DNA of 64,000 bases. It comes from a virus. Each line of letters opens with the position of its first letter. The first letter of the stretch is position 1. The notes under the pieces were generated by a model. It was not told the origin of the DNA. It saw only the letters and a list, made by a program, of their open reading frames with translations, and did no database searches. The DNA is taken from the IMG/VR virus record IMGVR_UViG_3300037225_000932, positions 32,001 to 96,000 of that record. One strand, 5' to 3'. The position numbers and the translations under genes are program-made. Positions 39,244 through 48,429 of this stretch are shown in pieces.

Positions 39244-39963
39244 ATGGCTATTGTTCCAAGTGGGACAAGGAAAATAATGATCGCTCAAACTTTTGGAGCA
39301 GAAATGCCTCCGACCAATTTTGGTGCATTTGTCCCTACTGGTTCACCTAAAGAGACAGGGACTAGCGCGGAAGAGGTTCCTAAAAGTCTTGACGAAATAA
39401 AACTTCCAAAACCTAAAGGGTCAGACAATAAAGAAAACAAAGGTTTTGGAGATCTTATGGGGCAGCAACAAAAAAGCGATACAGCAACAGATTTAACTGA
39501 ATATGTTTTTAATAAACTTGAAAATTTCGGATATCCTCCAAGAAGATTAGAACAGTTTGAAGATGAATTTGTTCATGAAAAAATATTTCCAGGAGGAGTT
39601 AGAGAGGTAACTATAGTTATTCCAGATAGATATTATGCTATGAGGAAAAGGCTGTCTGATGCTGATTTTTCAGAAATAATTAAAGATATTCAAGAGAAAT
39701 ATAGTTTAAATTTTGTTGATGCTGAAAGAAAAGATAAAAAAATTAGTATGAATTTTACTTCTCAAAAGTCTCAAAGTGAAAATGAAGAACAGCCAGAAAA
39801 TTTTGGAGATGATGGTCTTGAGGATATTTATGGACCAGTTCAATCTAAGAGTAATGCTCCTAAACAGAAACAAAAAGTTACAGCAAAAACCATGAACGAA
39901 ATGATAAAATTAGGACGAGATATACTGTATGAAGCAATAATAAAAACGGAGAAAAATAAATGA
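39244..39963 (+). CDS. Hypothetical head-module protein
   Basis: AGGAGG RBS. Confidence 0.65.
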   Translation: MAIVPSGTRKIMIAQTFGAEMPPTNFGAFVPTGSPKETGTSAEEVPKSLDEIKLPKPKGSDNKENKGFGDLMGQQQKSDTATDLTEYVFNKLENFGYPPRRLEQFEDEFVHEKIFPGGVREVTIVIPDRYYAMRKRLSDADFSEIIKDIQEKYSLNFVDAERKDKKISMNFTSQKSQSENEEQPENFGDDGLEDIYGPVQSKSNAPKQKQKVTAKTMNEMIKLGRDILYEAIIKTEKNK

Positions 39964-40628
39964 TCCAAAAAATGTCAGACCAACATAAAATAAAAACTAT
40001 TCCTCTTTTTGGTAAAGAAGAAGCAACAAAAGAAACAATAGTAAAAGTTGATAATAAAATTATTAAAGATAGTCTGTATGAGTCTAAATCAAAAAAAATG
40101 GATAATTCAGAAGCTATTAACCACAGAGGATCAGGAGTTATATTGTCTACTGGAGGCGGAAAAATAAAAGACACTGGTGGCCCAAATAAATATATAGGAT
40201 CAGAAACTAATAATAGTATATGGGATTCTTCTGTAATAGAGAAATTAATTCAAAAGAAAGATAACGGAGAAAAAATTAAAGAAACTAATAACGATATACA
40301 AAAAGTAAGAAATAGTATAAAACAAGAATCTTTAGATCATCTTGCTGAATCTCTTCGAGAAACAGATACCAGAAAAAACTCTACGATAACAAGTGTGGGA
40401 GAATATTCTGGTGGAACTTATAAATCTTCCAAATCAAATATAAGTATATTTGATAATGAAGCATTTGGTAGGCTATCAGAAAAATCAGAAGGAGAAAAGC
40501 TTTCTGATGAAATAAATAAACCAAAACAAAAAGATGAATCTTGGAAAAATAATTTTGGCACAAAGAAAACATCAAACTTAATAAATAGTTTGTTTGATAA
40601 TCCTTCTTCTAAGGAAAATGAAAAATGA
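39960..40628 (+). CDS. Hypothetical head-module protein
   Basis: ATGA-coupled ORF. Confidence 0.6.
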   Translation: MIQKMSDQHKIKTIPLFGKEEATKETIVKVDNKIIKDSLYESKSKKMDNSEAINHRGSGVILSTGGGKIKDTGGPNKYIGSETNNSIWDSSVIEKLIQKKDNGEKIKETNNDIQKVRNSIKQESLDHLAESLRETDTRKNSTITSVGEYSGGTYKSSKSNISIFDNEAFGRLSEKSEGEKLSDEINKPKQKDESWKNNFGTKKTSNLINSLFDNPSSKENEK

Positions 40629-42283
40629 GAAAAAGTTCTCAAACCGTAAATACAGGTCTTGATCAATTAAAAGAAATTTTAAATGAAGCTAAGATATTAG
40701 GTATTAATATGCCTCCAGAATTACAAAAGCCAGGAACAGATCCGCAATTAGTTTTAACATATTTGAGAACTTTTTCTCAAGACGCAGGAAAAGCTACTAC
40801 TTTATTACAAAAAGTAAATGATTTTGCCGAAAGAGAGGTCGTAAACAGACAGAGAGAAGTTACAGAAACACAAGGAGCACAATCAGCTACACAAGGAGCA
40901 CAATCAGCTACACAAGGGGCACAGTCAGCAACAACAGCTAAAATTAAAAAATTTAATCTAAAACAGGCACAATCTCCTTTTGATATGACCACTCAAGATA
41001 CTACTCCTATTACAGATGAAACTTCAGAAAAAAGAACTTTTAATAGTATAGTAGATCTAGTATCCTTTTTAGATGGCACTGATATGAATAATGCTAGAGC
41101 AGAATTATTTAAAGTTATAGACGAAAGTAAACAGCAACAGGTGGCAGATATATTAGGACAATATTATGAAAAAGATTGGACAAGAGTTGATGATGCTGAA
41201 ACTAAAAAAATTAACTCTAAAGGAATGAAGTTTATTTGGGATGCTATCGTTTCAACTGCCAAATCTGAAACGGCTCAACTTGGAAATGTAGAAGGAGCAC
41301 AATTTAAAGAAACAGAAATAACTTCTTTTGTAAGTGATGTAAATAATTCTCTTAAAAAATTAGCCTATGAGTCAGTTAAAAACGAAAATAAACCTTTTAA
41401 TCTTAAAAAAGAAGCACAAGCTAAAACTACTGAAAATATAATTATGTATGGTCCTTCAGAAAAAAGATATGATGCCTTCCTGAGACAACCTATATCTGAT
41501 TGGCATATTGTAGAAAGAAATAAAGGTTTTGGACTAGTAGTAGATGATGCTTGGAATATAGACTGGGAAGCAATTTGGCGTGGTAATGTAATGGACAAAT
41601 ATTCAAGACCATACAGAGACACTAAAACTGGAGAATGGATTGGTGGTTATATCCAAAAGAGATTTGAAGTAGATAAGTGGATTCCAGCCCAAAATAATCT
41701 ACAATTGCTTCCTGGAGAACTTAGAAAACCTCTTATACCAGAAAGAGGTATAATTGAGGGCAGACTAGAAGCAATGAGACAAAAAGAAGGTAAAAAGAAA
41801 GGTTTTGAACCAGATTCTAGTGGTAAACCTTATTATTGGAATGGTGAGCCAGAATATGCGCAAACTAAAATAGCAACATTTAATCTAAAAAAATCAGCAC
41901 AAATTTGGCCGTTTAAGAAAAAAGAAAATTCAATACCTTCTTCACCAACAAAAACTGTTCAACAAGAAGATCCGGGCTGGAAGTTTAATTCACTACAGGT
42001 CTATCCTAACGATAGAAGTCATTTTAGAGTGTATGAGCTTCCAATAGAAGGAATAGATAAAAATGTAAATAAAGCACAATTCTCAGTAATAGAAGCAGGA
42101 AAGGATCCTAATGATGGAACTATATTTGAAGCACTTATTCACGGAGGATATTCAGACGCACTTTCGGCGGCGACGAGATTTGCTAGATCCCAAAATGAAA
42201 AAGTAAAATTAAAAGACTTAGGACCGTATGCTAGTTCTAAAGTAGAAACAAAGACATCAGATCTAAAAAAAAAAGTAGCATAA
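40625..42283 (+). CDS. Putative head polyprotein, possibly extended by a -1 frameshift
   Basis: Three FNLK..AQ sites; ends just after an A10 run. Confidence 0.65.
   Translation: MRKSSQTVNTGLDQLKEILNEAKILGINMPPELQKPGTDPQLVLTYLRTFSQDAGKATTLLQKVNDFAEREVVNRQREVTETQGAQSATQGAQSATQGAQSATTAKIKKFNLKQAQSPFDMTTQDTTPITDETSEKRTFNSIVDLVSFLDGTDMNNARAELFKVIDESKQQQVADILGQYYEKDWTRVDDAETKKINSKGMKFIWDAIVSTAKSETAQLGNVEGAQFKETEITSFVSDVNNSLKKLAYESVKNENKPFNLKKEAQAKTTENIIMYGPSEKRYDAFLRQPISDWHIVERNKGFGLVVDDAWNIDWEAIWRGNVMDKYSRPYRDTKTGEWIGGYIQKRFEVDKWIPAQNNLQLLPGELRKPLIPERGIIEGRLEAMRQKEGKKKGFEPDSSGKPYYWNGEPEYAQTKIATFNLKKSAQIWPFKKKENSIPSSPTKTVQQEDPGWKFNSLQVYPNDRSHFRVYELPIEGIDKNVNKAQFSVIEAGKDPNDGTIFEALIHGGYSDALSAATRFARSQNEKVKLKDLGPYASSKVETKTSDLKKKVA
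40868..40930 (+). repeat. 21-bp tandem repeat, three copies, encoding TQGAQSA
   Basis: acacaaggagcacaatcagct twice plus one degenerate copy. Confidence 0.9.
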
Positions 42284-42678
42284 AAGAAAGCGATCTAAAA
42301 GAACCAAGAAGACCAAAAGGTAGTTCTTATTTTGATGGAAAACCATTGGCTCAATCTTGGGTTTGTTTACAGTGCGGGGGAAGAGCATCTCAAAATGGTT
42401 GTGAAAATTGCGGATCAAAGAATGTAAGAAATATGGGGGCACAACCTCCTATCGCAGATACTAAATTAAAACATAATCAACCAATGATACAAAAATCTCC
42501 TGAATTTATTCAGCAGAATAATCCAATGTATACTACTGCTAAGAAAAAAGAACAACCACCATTAGGTGGAGTATATAAATCAGATGAGATTAAAATGATA
42601 AATAATGAAGAATTTGATGAATATTCCGATATAAATGATATAGATAATACAGCAAATGATTTAGAGATAGATGGATAA
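42265..42678 (+). CDS. Zn-ribbon ORF in the -1 frame of the upstream gene, probable frameshift extension
   Basis: Frame open from 42241; no ATG or clear RBS before the CxxC...CxxC motif. Confidence 0.5.
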   Translation, partial: KKKSSIKESDLKEPRRPKGSSYFDGKPLAQSWVCLQCGGRASQNGCENCGSKNVRNMGAQPPIADTKLKHNQPMIQKSPEFIQQNNPMYTTAKKKEQPPLGGVYKSDEIKMINNEEFDEYSDINDIDNTANDLEIDG

Positions 42679-42689
42679 AGGAAAAGTAA

Positions 42690-45600
42690 ATGACCATTAA
42701 GTTTTCTGTGCCTGATAAAAATTCTAAAAATAGTATGGTATCTTCTTCTGGAAGCTATCAAACTAAAAATACAAATAATAAATATACAAAGAGTCAGGTA
42801 GCAAGAACACCTTTAACAAAGAACGCTCAATGGGCAGGATCTGGTGCTAATGTTACTTTCACTCAACCAATGTTCTTTTCTCCATTACATACGCCACAGA
42901 ACTGGCAAATTGCTAGCAAAAGAAGAGAGGAATATCAGTGGAGTTTTGTAGCTACAAACTCCTGTTTTGTAACACTTTCTGATTTTTCTCAAAGATCAAT
43001 AAGTGAGATTTATGATACTTTTTCGGTTAAAAACAAAGATATTGGAAAGGTTGAAAATCTTTCTATATTAAATGGAGACGGAGAGATATCTTATCCGGAT
43101 TTAGTTTCTAAACATTATGTAGAAAAAAAAGTAAATAAGATAAAAATAGGGGGGACAATAGAACTTATAGAAATTACAAATGATCATAAATGTATTGTGA
43201 TAAAAAGAGAAGACATAAAATGTTCTAAATCTATTTGGAAATGTAAAATATGTGTAAGTAATAAATCTTCATCTACTTGTGAAAAATTTAAGTGCGCAAA
43301 AAATAAAAATATAGAATATAATATATCTAGTATAAATGCCTCAGAAGTGAAAAAAGGAGACTTTTTTCTTGTTCCGTTTAATACAGAAGTTAAATCAAGT
43401 ATAATAAAAACAAAAGAGGAAGCAAGATACGCTGGACATCTAGCTTCTGATGGATGGGTATGTGATGGAAATAATCCATCCTCATATTTTACTAGTAGTA
43501 TTTGTATGCACGTAGACGAAGAGAAATATGTTTTACCTTCAGTAGAATATGTATTTAGTAAATTTAATATTAGCGCAAATAAGCATACAAAAAAATCTAA
43601 TAAAGTAGAGACCATAGGAAGCTCTAATAAAAAATTATTTCAACATTCTCATAGTCTTGTTCTTGGAAAAGGTAAAGATAAAAAGTTTACAGATCAAGTT
43701 GTATATTTAGATAATAATCTTCAAAAAGAAGTTTTAGGAGCATACATACAATCTGATGGTTCTTGGAACAAAAAAAATCAATGTATAGAAATAACTACTT
43801 ATTCTCCACATTTAGCTAATCAATTGCTTGTTATGTTTTATCGTTGTGGTATATTAGCCAGGGGTAATAAACAAAAATTAAGTAAATCAGCTTTTAGGTC
43901 AGAAAATAAATATAGATATATTATTAATGTGTCTTCTTCTGAATGTGAAAAAATAAAAGAATATGTTCCTGGAAAATGTTTTGGAATTAAAACTAAAAAA
44001 AACAGACATAGTAAAAGATTTTTCTGGAAAAACTATGTAGTTTCTCCTGTTGTAAGTAACGAAAGTTATGATTATTCTGGAGACGTTTATGATATAAGAG
44101 TTCCAGAAAAATTTACAGTTATAGTAAATAGTATAGCTATAAATCAATGTCGCTTCTATTACACTAACGAACCAAAGGTAGCAGCCGGTATAGATTTCTA
44201 TGCGCAATTTTGTATGAACGGATTTAAGCTTGAATGTTCAGATAAAAAAACATTAAAGTTTTATGAAAAAGTAGTTAAAGATTTACAACTCAATCATTGG
44301 TGTAAACATATAAGTCATGAATATTATATGTTAGGAGACGTTTTTCCTTTCACGAGTATAAGTTGTCCTCATTGTGGAGGAAAATCAATAAAACCTGATG
44401 GTTCACACTGCAATCACCCAGGAGGAACAATTGGACGTATTGTTTTAATGAATCCTGATTGGATTGAAGTAGAAAAAAATGTTTTAGCATCTGAACCTGT
44501 TTTTACTTTAGTTCCAGATGAAGAACTTAAAATGATTGTTTCGAGAAAACAGCCTAGACAAATATATGATAGATTGCCAAAAGATTTTATCAATATGATA
44601 GCTAGTGGACAGCCTATAATATTATCAAATAAATGTATAAGTCACATAAAACATACAGATAGTTCATATGGTAAATATGGTTCTTCTATATTAAGAAGAC
44701 TTTTTACTGTATTAGCATATAAGACAAAACTAATGACTGCGAACTGGATTATAGCAGAAAGACTTATTCTTCCAGTAAGAGTTATAAAAATAGGAGATAA
44801 AGATCGTCCTGCCGGTCCAGAAGATATTGCTGATGTTTCAAATCAAATATCTGCTGTAGTTAATGATCCAAATCTGACTATAGTTACCCATCATGCTTTT
44901 GATTATGAATATTACGGAGCAACGGGTAAGATACATAATATTACTGCTGAAATAGAACAAATAGGTAAAGAGATACTTGATGGATTGATGTTAAATCAAG
45001 CACTTTTGAACGGGGAAGCTTCTTGTCACAGTGAAGACACTTTAACATTAACAGATAGTGGATTTAAGAAATATGATCAAATAACAGAAAAAGATAAAAT
45101 AGCCTGTTATAATCCAAAGACTAATAAAATAGAATATCATCATTATAAAAATAAATATGTTTATGATTATAATAATAAAATGGTTCATTTTAAGAATAAT
45201 ATGATGGATATTCTGGTTACTCCAAATCATAGAATGTGGACCAGAAAAAGAGATAAATGTAATTTTGAATTTATTAATGCTTCAGATGTTGCCAGAAGAT
45301 CTTATTTTCTTAATAGAGTAGATGGATTTGATGGAGATTATATTAAAAATATAACTATTGGATCTGAAACCTATTCTATCTATGATTTTTGCCAAATGAT
45401 TGGTTGGTATATATCAGAAGGAACAACTTCAGAAGAAAAGAGAAAAAATAGAACTAGAAAAATAACCACATTAAACATACATCAGTCTAAAAATGGATAT
45501 AGAGAAGAAATAAATAGTTTATTTAACACAATGTTTAAGACGCACTATGAGACAGAAAAAGCTATATGTGTTTATAAACCAGATTTAGCTAAATGGCTAA

Positions 45601-47246
45601 AAGAAAATTGTGGAGGACATTCTTATGTGAAACAAATTCCTACATGGATAAAAAATCTAGATTCATCTTGTCTACAGGTCTTATTAGACGCTTATGTTCA
45701 TGGAGACGGAAGTTATTGTAATAAAGATAAATTTGGTAAAAAATCAGAAAAACATATAGTTATTTATACTTCAAGCGATCAATTAGCAAATGATATAGAA
45801 GAGATTTCTTTTAAGTGTGGATATTCTATTATAAGAAATATTAGAACAAAAGAACAATGCTCTAAAGGAAGATTTAATAAAAATGGATATGAATTTATAA
45901 CTAAAAAAGATCAACATATAATTTATCTTTCTAAAGGCAGAAAGGGTAAAGAAGTAATATTAGATTCTAGAGATAAGAGATATTACAAAAAAGAAATTCA
46001 ATCTATAGATTATTCTGGTAAGGTTTATTGTTTTACAGTTCCTTTTGGATTATTTGTCACCAAAAGAAATGATAAAATTACTATTCAAGGAAACTCATAC
46101 GCTAGTGCGCAAGTCGGTGTTGAAACTCTTATTAGAAGATTAGAGAGTTGGAGATCTACTTTAGCTGAATGGGTAGAAAATCACATATTTTTACCTATTG
46201 CTATGATGCAGGGTTTTATAGATGAGAGAGAAAGCAAAGAAATGGGAGAAGCAGTTTATATTTATCCAAAACTTAAATGGAATGATTTAAACCTAAGAGA
46301 CAAAACTAATCATCTTCAATTTCTCTCTCAGCTTCAAGATAAGCAGCTTATTAGTGTTCAAAAATTATTAGAAGAAGTAGATATAGATTATGATCAAGAA
46401 GTAGAAAGAATGAGAGAAGAACAGATGCTAGTTGGACCAAAAGGTCAAGCGGGCGGGGCTGGTGGAATGGGAGGTATGGGTGGAATGGGTGGAGCTCCTA
46501 TGGGGGGAGGTGGAGGAGGAATGCCTCCATTAGACTTAGGTGGAGGAATGGGAGGTGGAGGTGGGGTTCCTGGAAGTCCAGCAGGTGGGCCTATGGGTGG
46601 AATCCCTGGTGGAGACATGGGCGGATCTCCCGGTGGGGCTCCGGGAAGTCCAATGGGCGGATCTCCCGGTGGAGCAGTAGCAGAATCTAATTTGCCCAAT
46701 TTTAAGATAGGGCGAAAAGGATCTGGCAGAAAAACACTAAATGAACAGATGAAAGCTCCTCCTCCTAGAATGATCAAGCTTACCAAATTAGAACAAAAAA
46801 TGTATAAAATACTTGAGGGAATAAATATACCTAATCAATTATTTGGACAGTATAATGTTTTTGTTCCTGGAAATCCTCAACCTTTTGTTATTGATTTCGC
46901 TTATCCTTCTTACGGAGTAGGAGTAGAAGCAGATGGAGCAGCTTGGCATGAAAATATAGAATCTAAGATAAGAGATCAACAAAGGGATCAGAAGTTAGCT
47001 AATGTTGGTTGGAGAATTTTAAGATTTAAAGAAGATGCTATTTTACAAAAATCAGACGAAATAAAGAAAATAGTATTACAACAAATCCAAGAAGCTTTTA
47101 ACGAAAAGAAAAATAAAAAAGCACAAGAAATTCAATTTTTATTAAAAGAAGCTGGATCTTTTGAGAATAAGGAGGAAAAGTTTATTTATAACAAAATAGA
47201 TATAGAAGGAGATCTTGGCTTTATCTATTTAATAGGTACAGAATAA
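42690..47246 (+). CDS. Portal protein with two inteins, a Gly/Met/Pro linker and a C-terminal DUF559/Vsr-like nuclease domain
   Basis: Position before protease and MCP; exteins YMLGDVF, HIKH...YG.SIL, PVRVIKIG, WNDLNL; C-terminal IDFA..VEADG..WH..RDQ.L...GWRILRF. Confidence 0.75.
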   Translation: MTIKFSVPDKNSKNSMVSSSGSYQTKNTNNKYTKSQVARTPLTKNAQWAGSGANVTFTQPMFFSPLHTPQNWQIASKRREEYQWSFVATNSCFVTLSDFSQRSISEIYDTFSVKNKDIGKVENLSILNGDGEISYPDLVSKHYVEKKVNKIKIGGTIELIEITNDHKCIVIKREDIKCSKSIWKCKICVSNKSSSTCEKFKCAKNKNIEYNISSINASEVKKGDFFLVPFNTEVKSSIIKTKEEARYAGHLASDGWVCDGNNPSSYFTSSICMHVDEEKYVLPSVEYVFSKFNISANKHTKKSNKVETIGSSNKKLFQHSHSLVLGKGKDKKFTDQVVYLDNNLQKEVLGAYIQSDGSWNKKNQCIEITTYSPHLANQLLVMFYRCGILARGNKQKLSKSAFRSENKYRYIINVSSSECEKIKEYVPGKCFGIKTKKNRHSKRFFWKNYVVSPVVSNESYDYSGDVYDIRVPEKFTVIVNSIAINQCRFYYTNEPKVAAGIDFYAQFCMNGFKLECSDKKTLKFYEKVVKDLQLNHWCKHISHEYYMLGDVFPFTSISCPHCGGKSIKPDGSHCNHPGGTIGRIVLMNPDWIEVEKNVLASEPVFTLVPDEELKMIVSRKQPRQIYDRLPKDFINMIASGQPIILSNKCISHIKHTDSSYGKYGSSILRRLFTVLAYKTKLMTANWIIAERLILPVRVIKIGDKDRPAGPEDIADVSNQISAVVNDPNLTIVTHHAFDYEYYGATGKIHNITAEIEQIGKEILDGLMLNQALLNGEASCHSEDTLTLTDSGFKKYDQITEKDKIACYNPKTNKIEYHHYKNKYVYDYNNKMVHFKNNMMDILVTPNHRMWTRKRDKCNFEFINASDVARRSYFLNRVDGFDGDYIKNITIGSETYSIYDFCQMIGWYISEGTTSEEKRKNRTRKITTLNIHQSKNGYREEINSLFNTMFKTHYETEKAICVYKPDLAKWLKENCGGHSYVKQIPTWIKNLDSSCLQVLLDAYVHGDGSYCNKDKFGKKSEKHIVIYTSSDQLANDIEEISFKCGYSIIRNIRTKEQCSKGRFNKNGYEFITKKDQHIIYLSKGRKGKEVILDSRDKRYYKKEIQSIDYSGKVYCFTVPFGLFVTKRNDKITIQGNSYASAQVGVETLIRRLESWRSTLAEWVENHIFLPIAMMQGFIDERESKEMGEAVYIYPKLKWNDLNLRDKTNHLQFLSQLQDKQLISVQKLLEEVDIDYDQEVERMREEQMLVGPKGQAGGAGGMGGMGGMGGAPMGGGGGGMPPLDLGGGMGGGGGVPGSPAGGPMGGIPGGDMGGSPGGAPGSPMGGSPGGAVAESNLPNFKIGRKGSGRKTLNEQMKAPPPRMIKLTKLEQKMYKILEGINIPNQLFGQYNVFVPGNPQPFVIDFAYPSYGVGVEADGAAWHENIESKIRDQQRDQKLANVGWRILRFKEDAILQKSDEIKKIVLQQIQEAFNEKKNKKAQEIQFLLKEAGSFENKEEKFIYNKIDIEGDLGFIYLIGTE
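42942..44147 (+). mobile_element. Intein 1 in portal (LAGLIDADG-type; Ser1, ends Asn-Gln, Cys+1)
   Basis: W|SFVAT...ITNDH...YAGHLASDG...GAYIQSDG...VYDIRV...INQ|CRF. Confidence 0.75.
45024..46094 (+). mobile_element. Intein 2 in portal (LAGLIDADG-type; Cys1, ends Gly-Asn, Ser+1)
   Basis: S|CHSEDT...VTPNH...GWYISEG...AYVHGDG...VYCFTVP...QGN|SY. Confidence 0.88.
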
Positions 47247-47695
47247 TGTTAGAAAATATGTTTAATCTTTCAAAATTTTCAGCTTGGCCTACTGGCAAGC
47301 ATAGAAAAAGGATTAGAGACAGAGGTATTCATTGGGAGGAATCTTATAAGGAAAAATCTGCGCCTTTAAAAAAAAGATTTATTAGAGATATTGGAGAAGG
47401 ATCATATTATCGCTGGGAGGGTCATGATTATACTACTAATTCTGATTATTTTATAGTTGTAGGTCCGGCACAAGATCGCTATGGTAAAAAACTATTTTTC
47501 GCAGGCATAAAAAAACTTCCTCCTAAGCATGAAAGGAAAAAGATTTATGCTCCTAGCGGAAAATACTTTACAACCATATTAGCAGCATTAAGTCATTCAA
47601 ATAGAATGTGGTCCGCTCCTTTTCCTAGAAATCAAATAAATTATACGGCTTCAGATCTCGCTAATATTAATATACCAAGAAAACTTAAAGCATAA
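47246..47695 (+). CDS. Conserved-looking head-module protein
   Basis: MFNLSKFS tag; coupled to portal. Confidence 0.6.
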   Translation: MLENMFNLSKFSAWPTGKHRKRIRDRGIHWEESYKEKSAPLKKRFIRDIGEGSYYRWEGHDYTTNSDYFIVVGPAQDRYGKKLFFAGIKKLPPKHERKKIYAPSGKYFTTILAALSHSNRMWSAPFPRNQINYTASDLANINIPRKLKA

Positions 47696-47758
47696 ACAAA
47701 GGGAACAAAGGGAATAAAGATATAGATATATTTTAAGTCATTTTTTTTAAGGACTTTC

Positions 47759-48364
47759 ATGGATTTACAAACAATAATAAGTGCCGGAACAGGAATAGGA
47801 GCCATCATAGCTGGATCTATTATAGTTTTATATGGACATATAAAAAGTAATATTAAAAAAAGAAAAAGAGATCCTCTGTATTGTCTTAATGATGATATTC
47901 TTATTCAAGATGCTTTAACGGAATTAAGGGTAAAACTTGGTGCTGATAGAGTTTATATAACTCGATTTCATAATGGTGGAGAATATTTTGACGGAACTGC
48001 TATAAAAAAGATATCTAGAACACATGAGTCTTGTAAAAGAGGATGTTCTCATGAACTTTTAGGTTTTCAAAATGTTCCAACTTCTTTAGTAACAGAAATA
48101 ATTAGTATGCTAGAAGAGTCTAATAGGACTAATAATGTTTCTTTTAAAAAAGTAGAACAAATAGAAAGCGGTTTTCTAAAAAATCATTTAATAAATGTTG
48201 AAGCTAGATTTATTATTAAATACAGATTAAAAGTAAGAATGAATTTATTTGGATATTTAGGAGTTCAATATTCAAAAGAAGATGTTAATATAACTGACGA
48301 TATTAAAAATGATATAATTAAAACAGCAGGTATTATAGAAAATATATTTATTTCAAAAAAATAA
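47759..48364 (+). CDS. Single-TM, GAF-like protein, possible T4 T-type holin
   Basis: N-terminal TM, then LTELR...ADRVYI..FHNG...GYLGV. Confidence 0.5.
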   Translation: MDLQTIISAGTGIGAIIAGSIIVLYGHIKSNIKKRKRDPLYCLNDDILIQDALTELRVKLGADRVYITRFHNGGEYFDGTAIKKISRTHESCKRGCSHELLGFQNVPTSLVTEIISMLEESNRTNNVSFKKVEQIESGFLKNHLINVEARFIIKYRLKVRMNLFGYLGVQYSKEDVNITDDIKNDIIKTAGIIENIFISKK

Positions 48365-48429
48365 AGGATTTATTATTACTATTTAACAATAGTAATTTTA
48401 TACATTGTTTATAGAAAAGGTATTTCATT

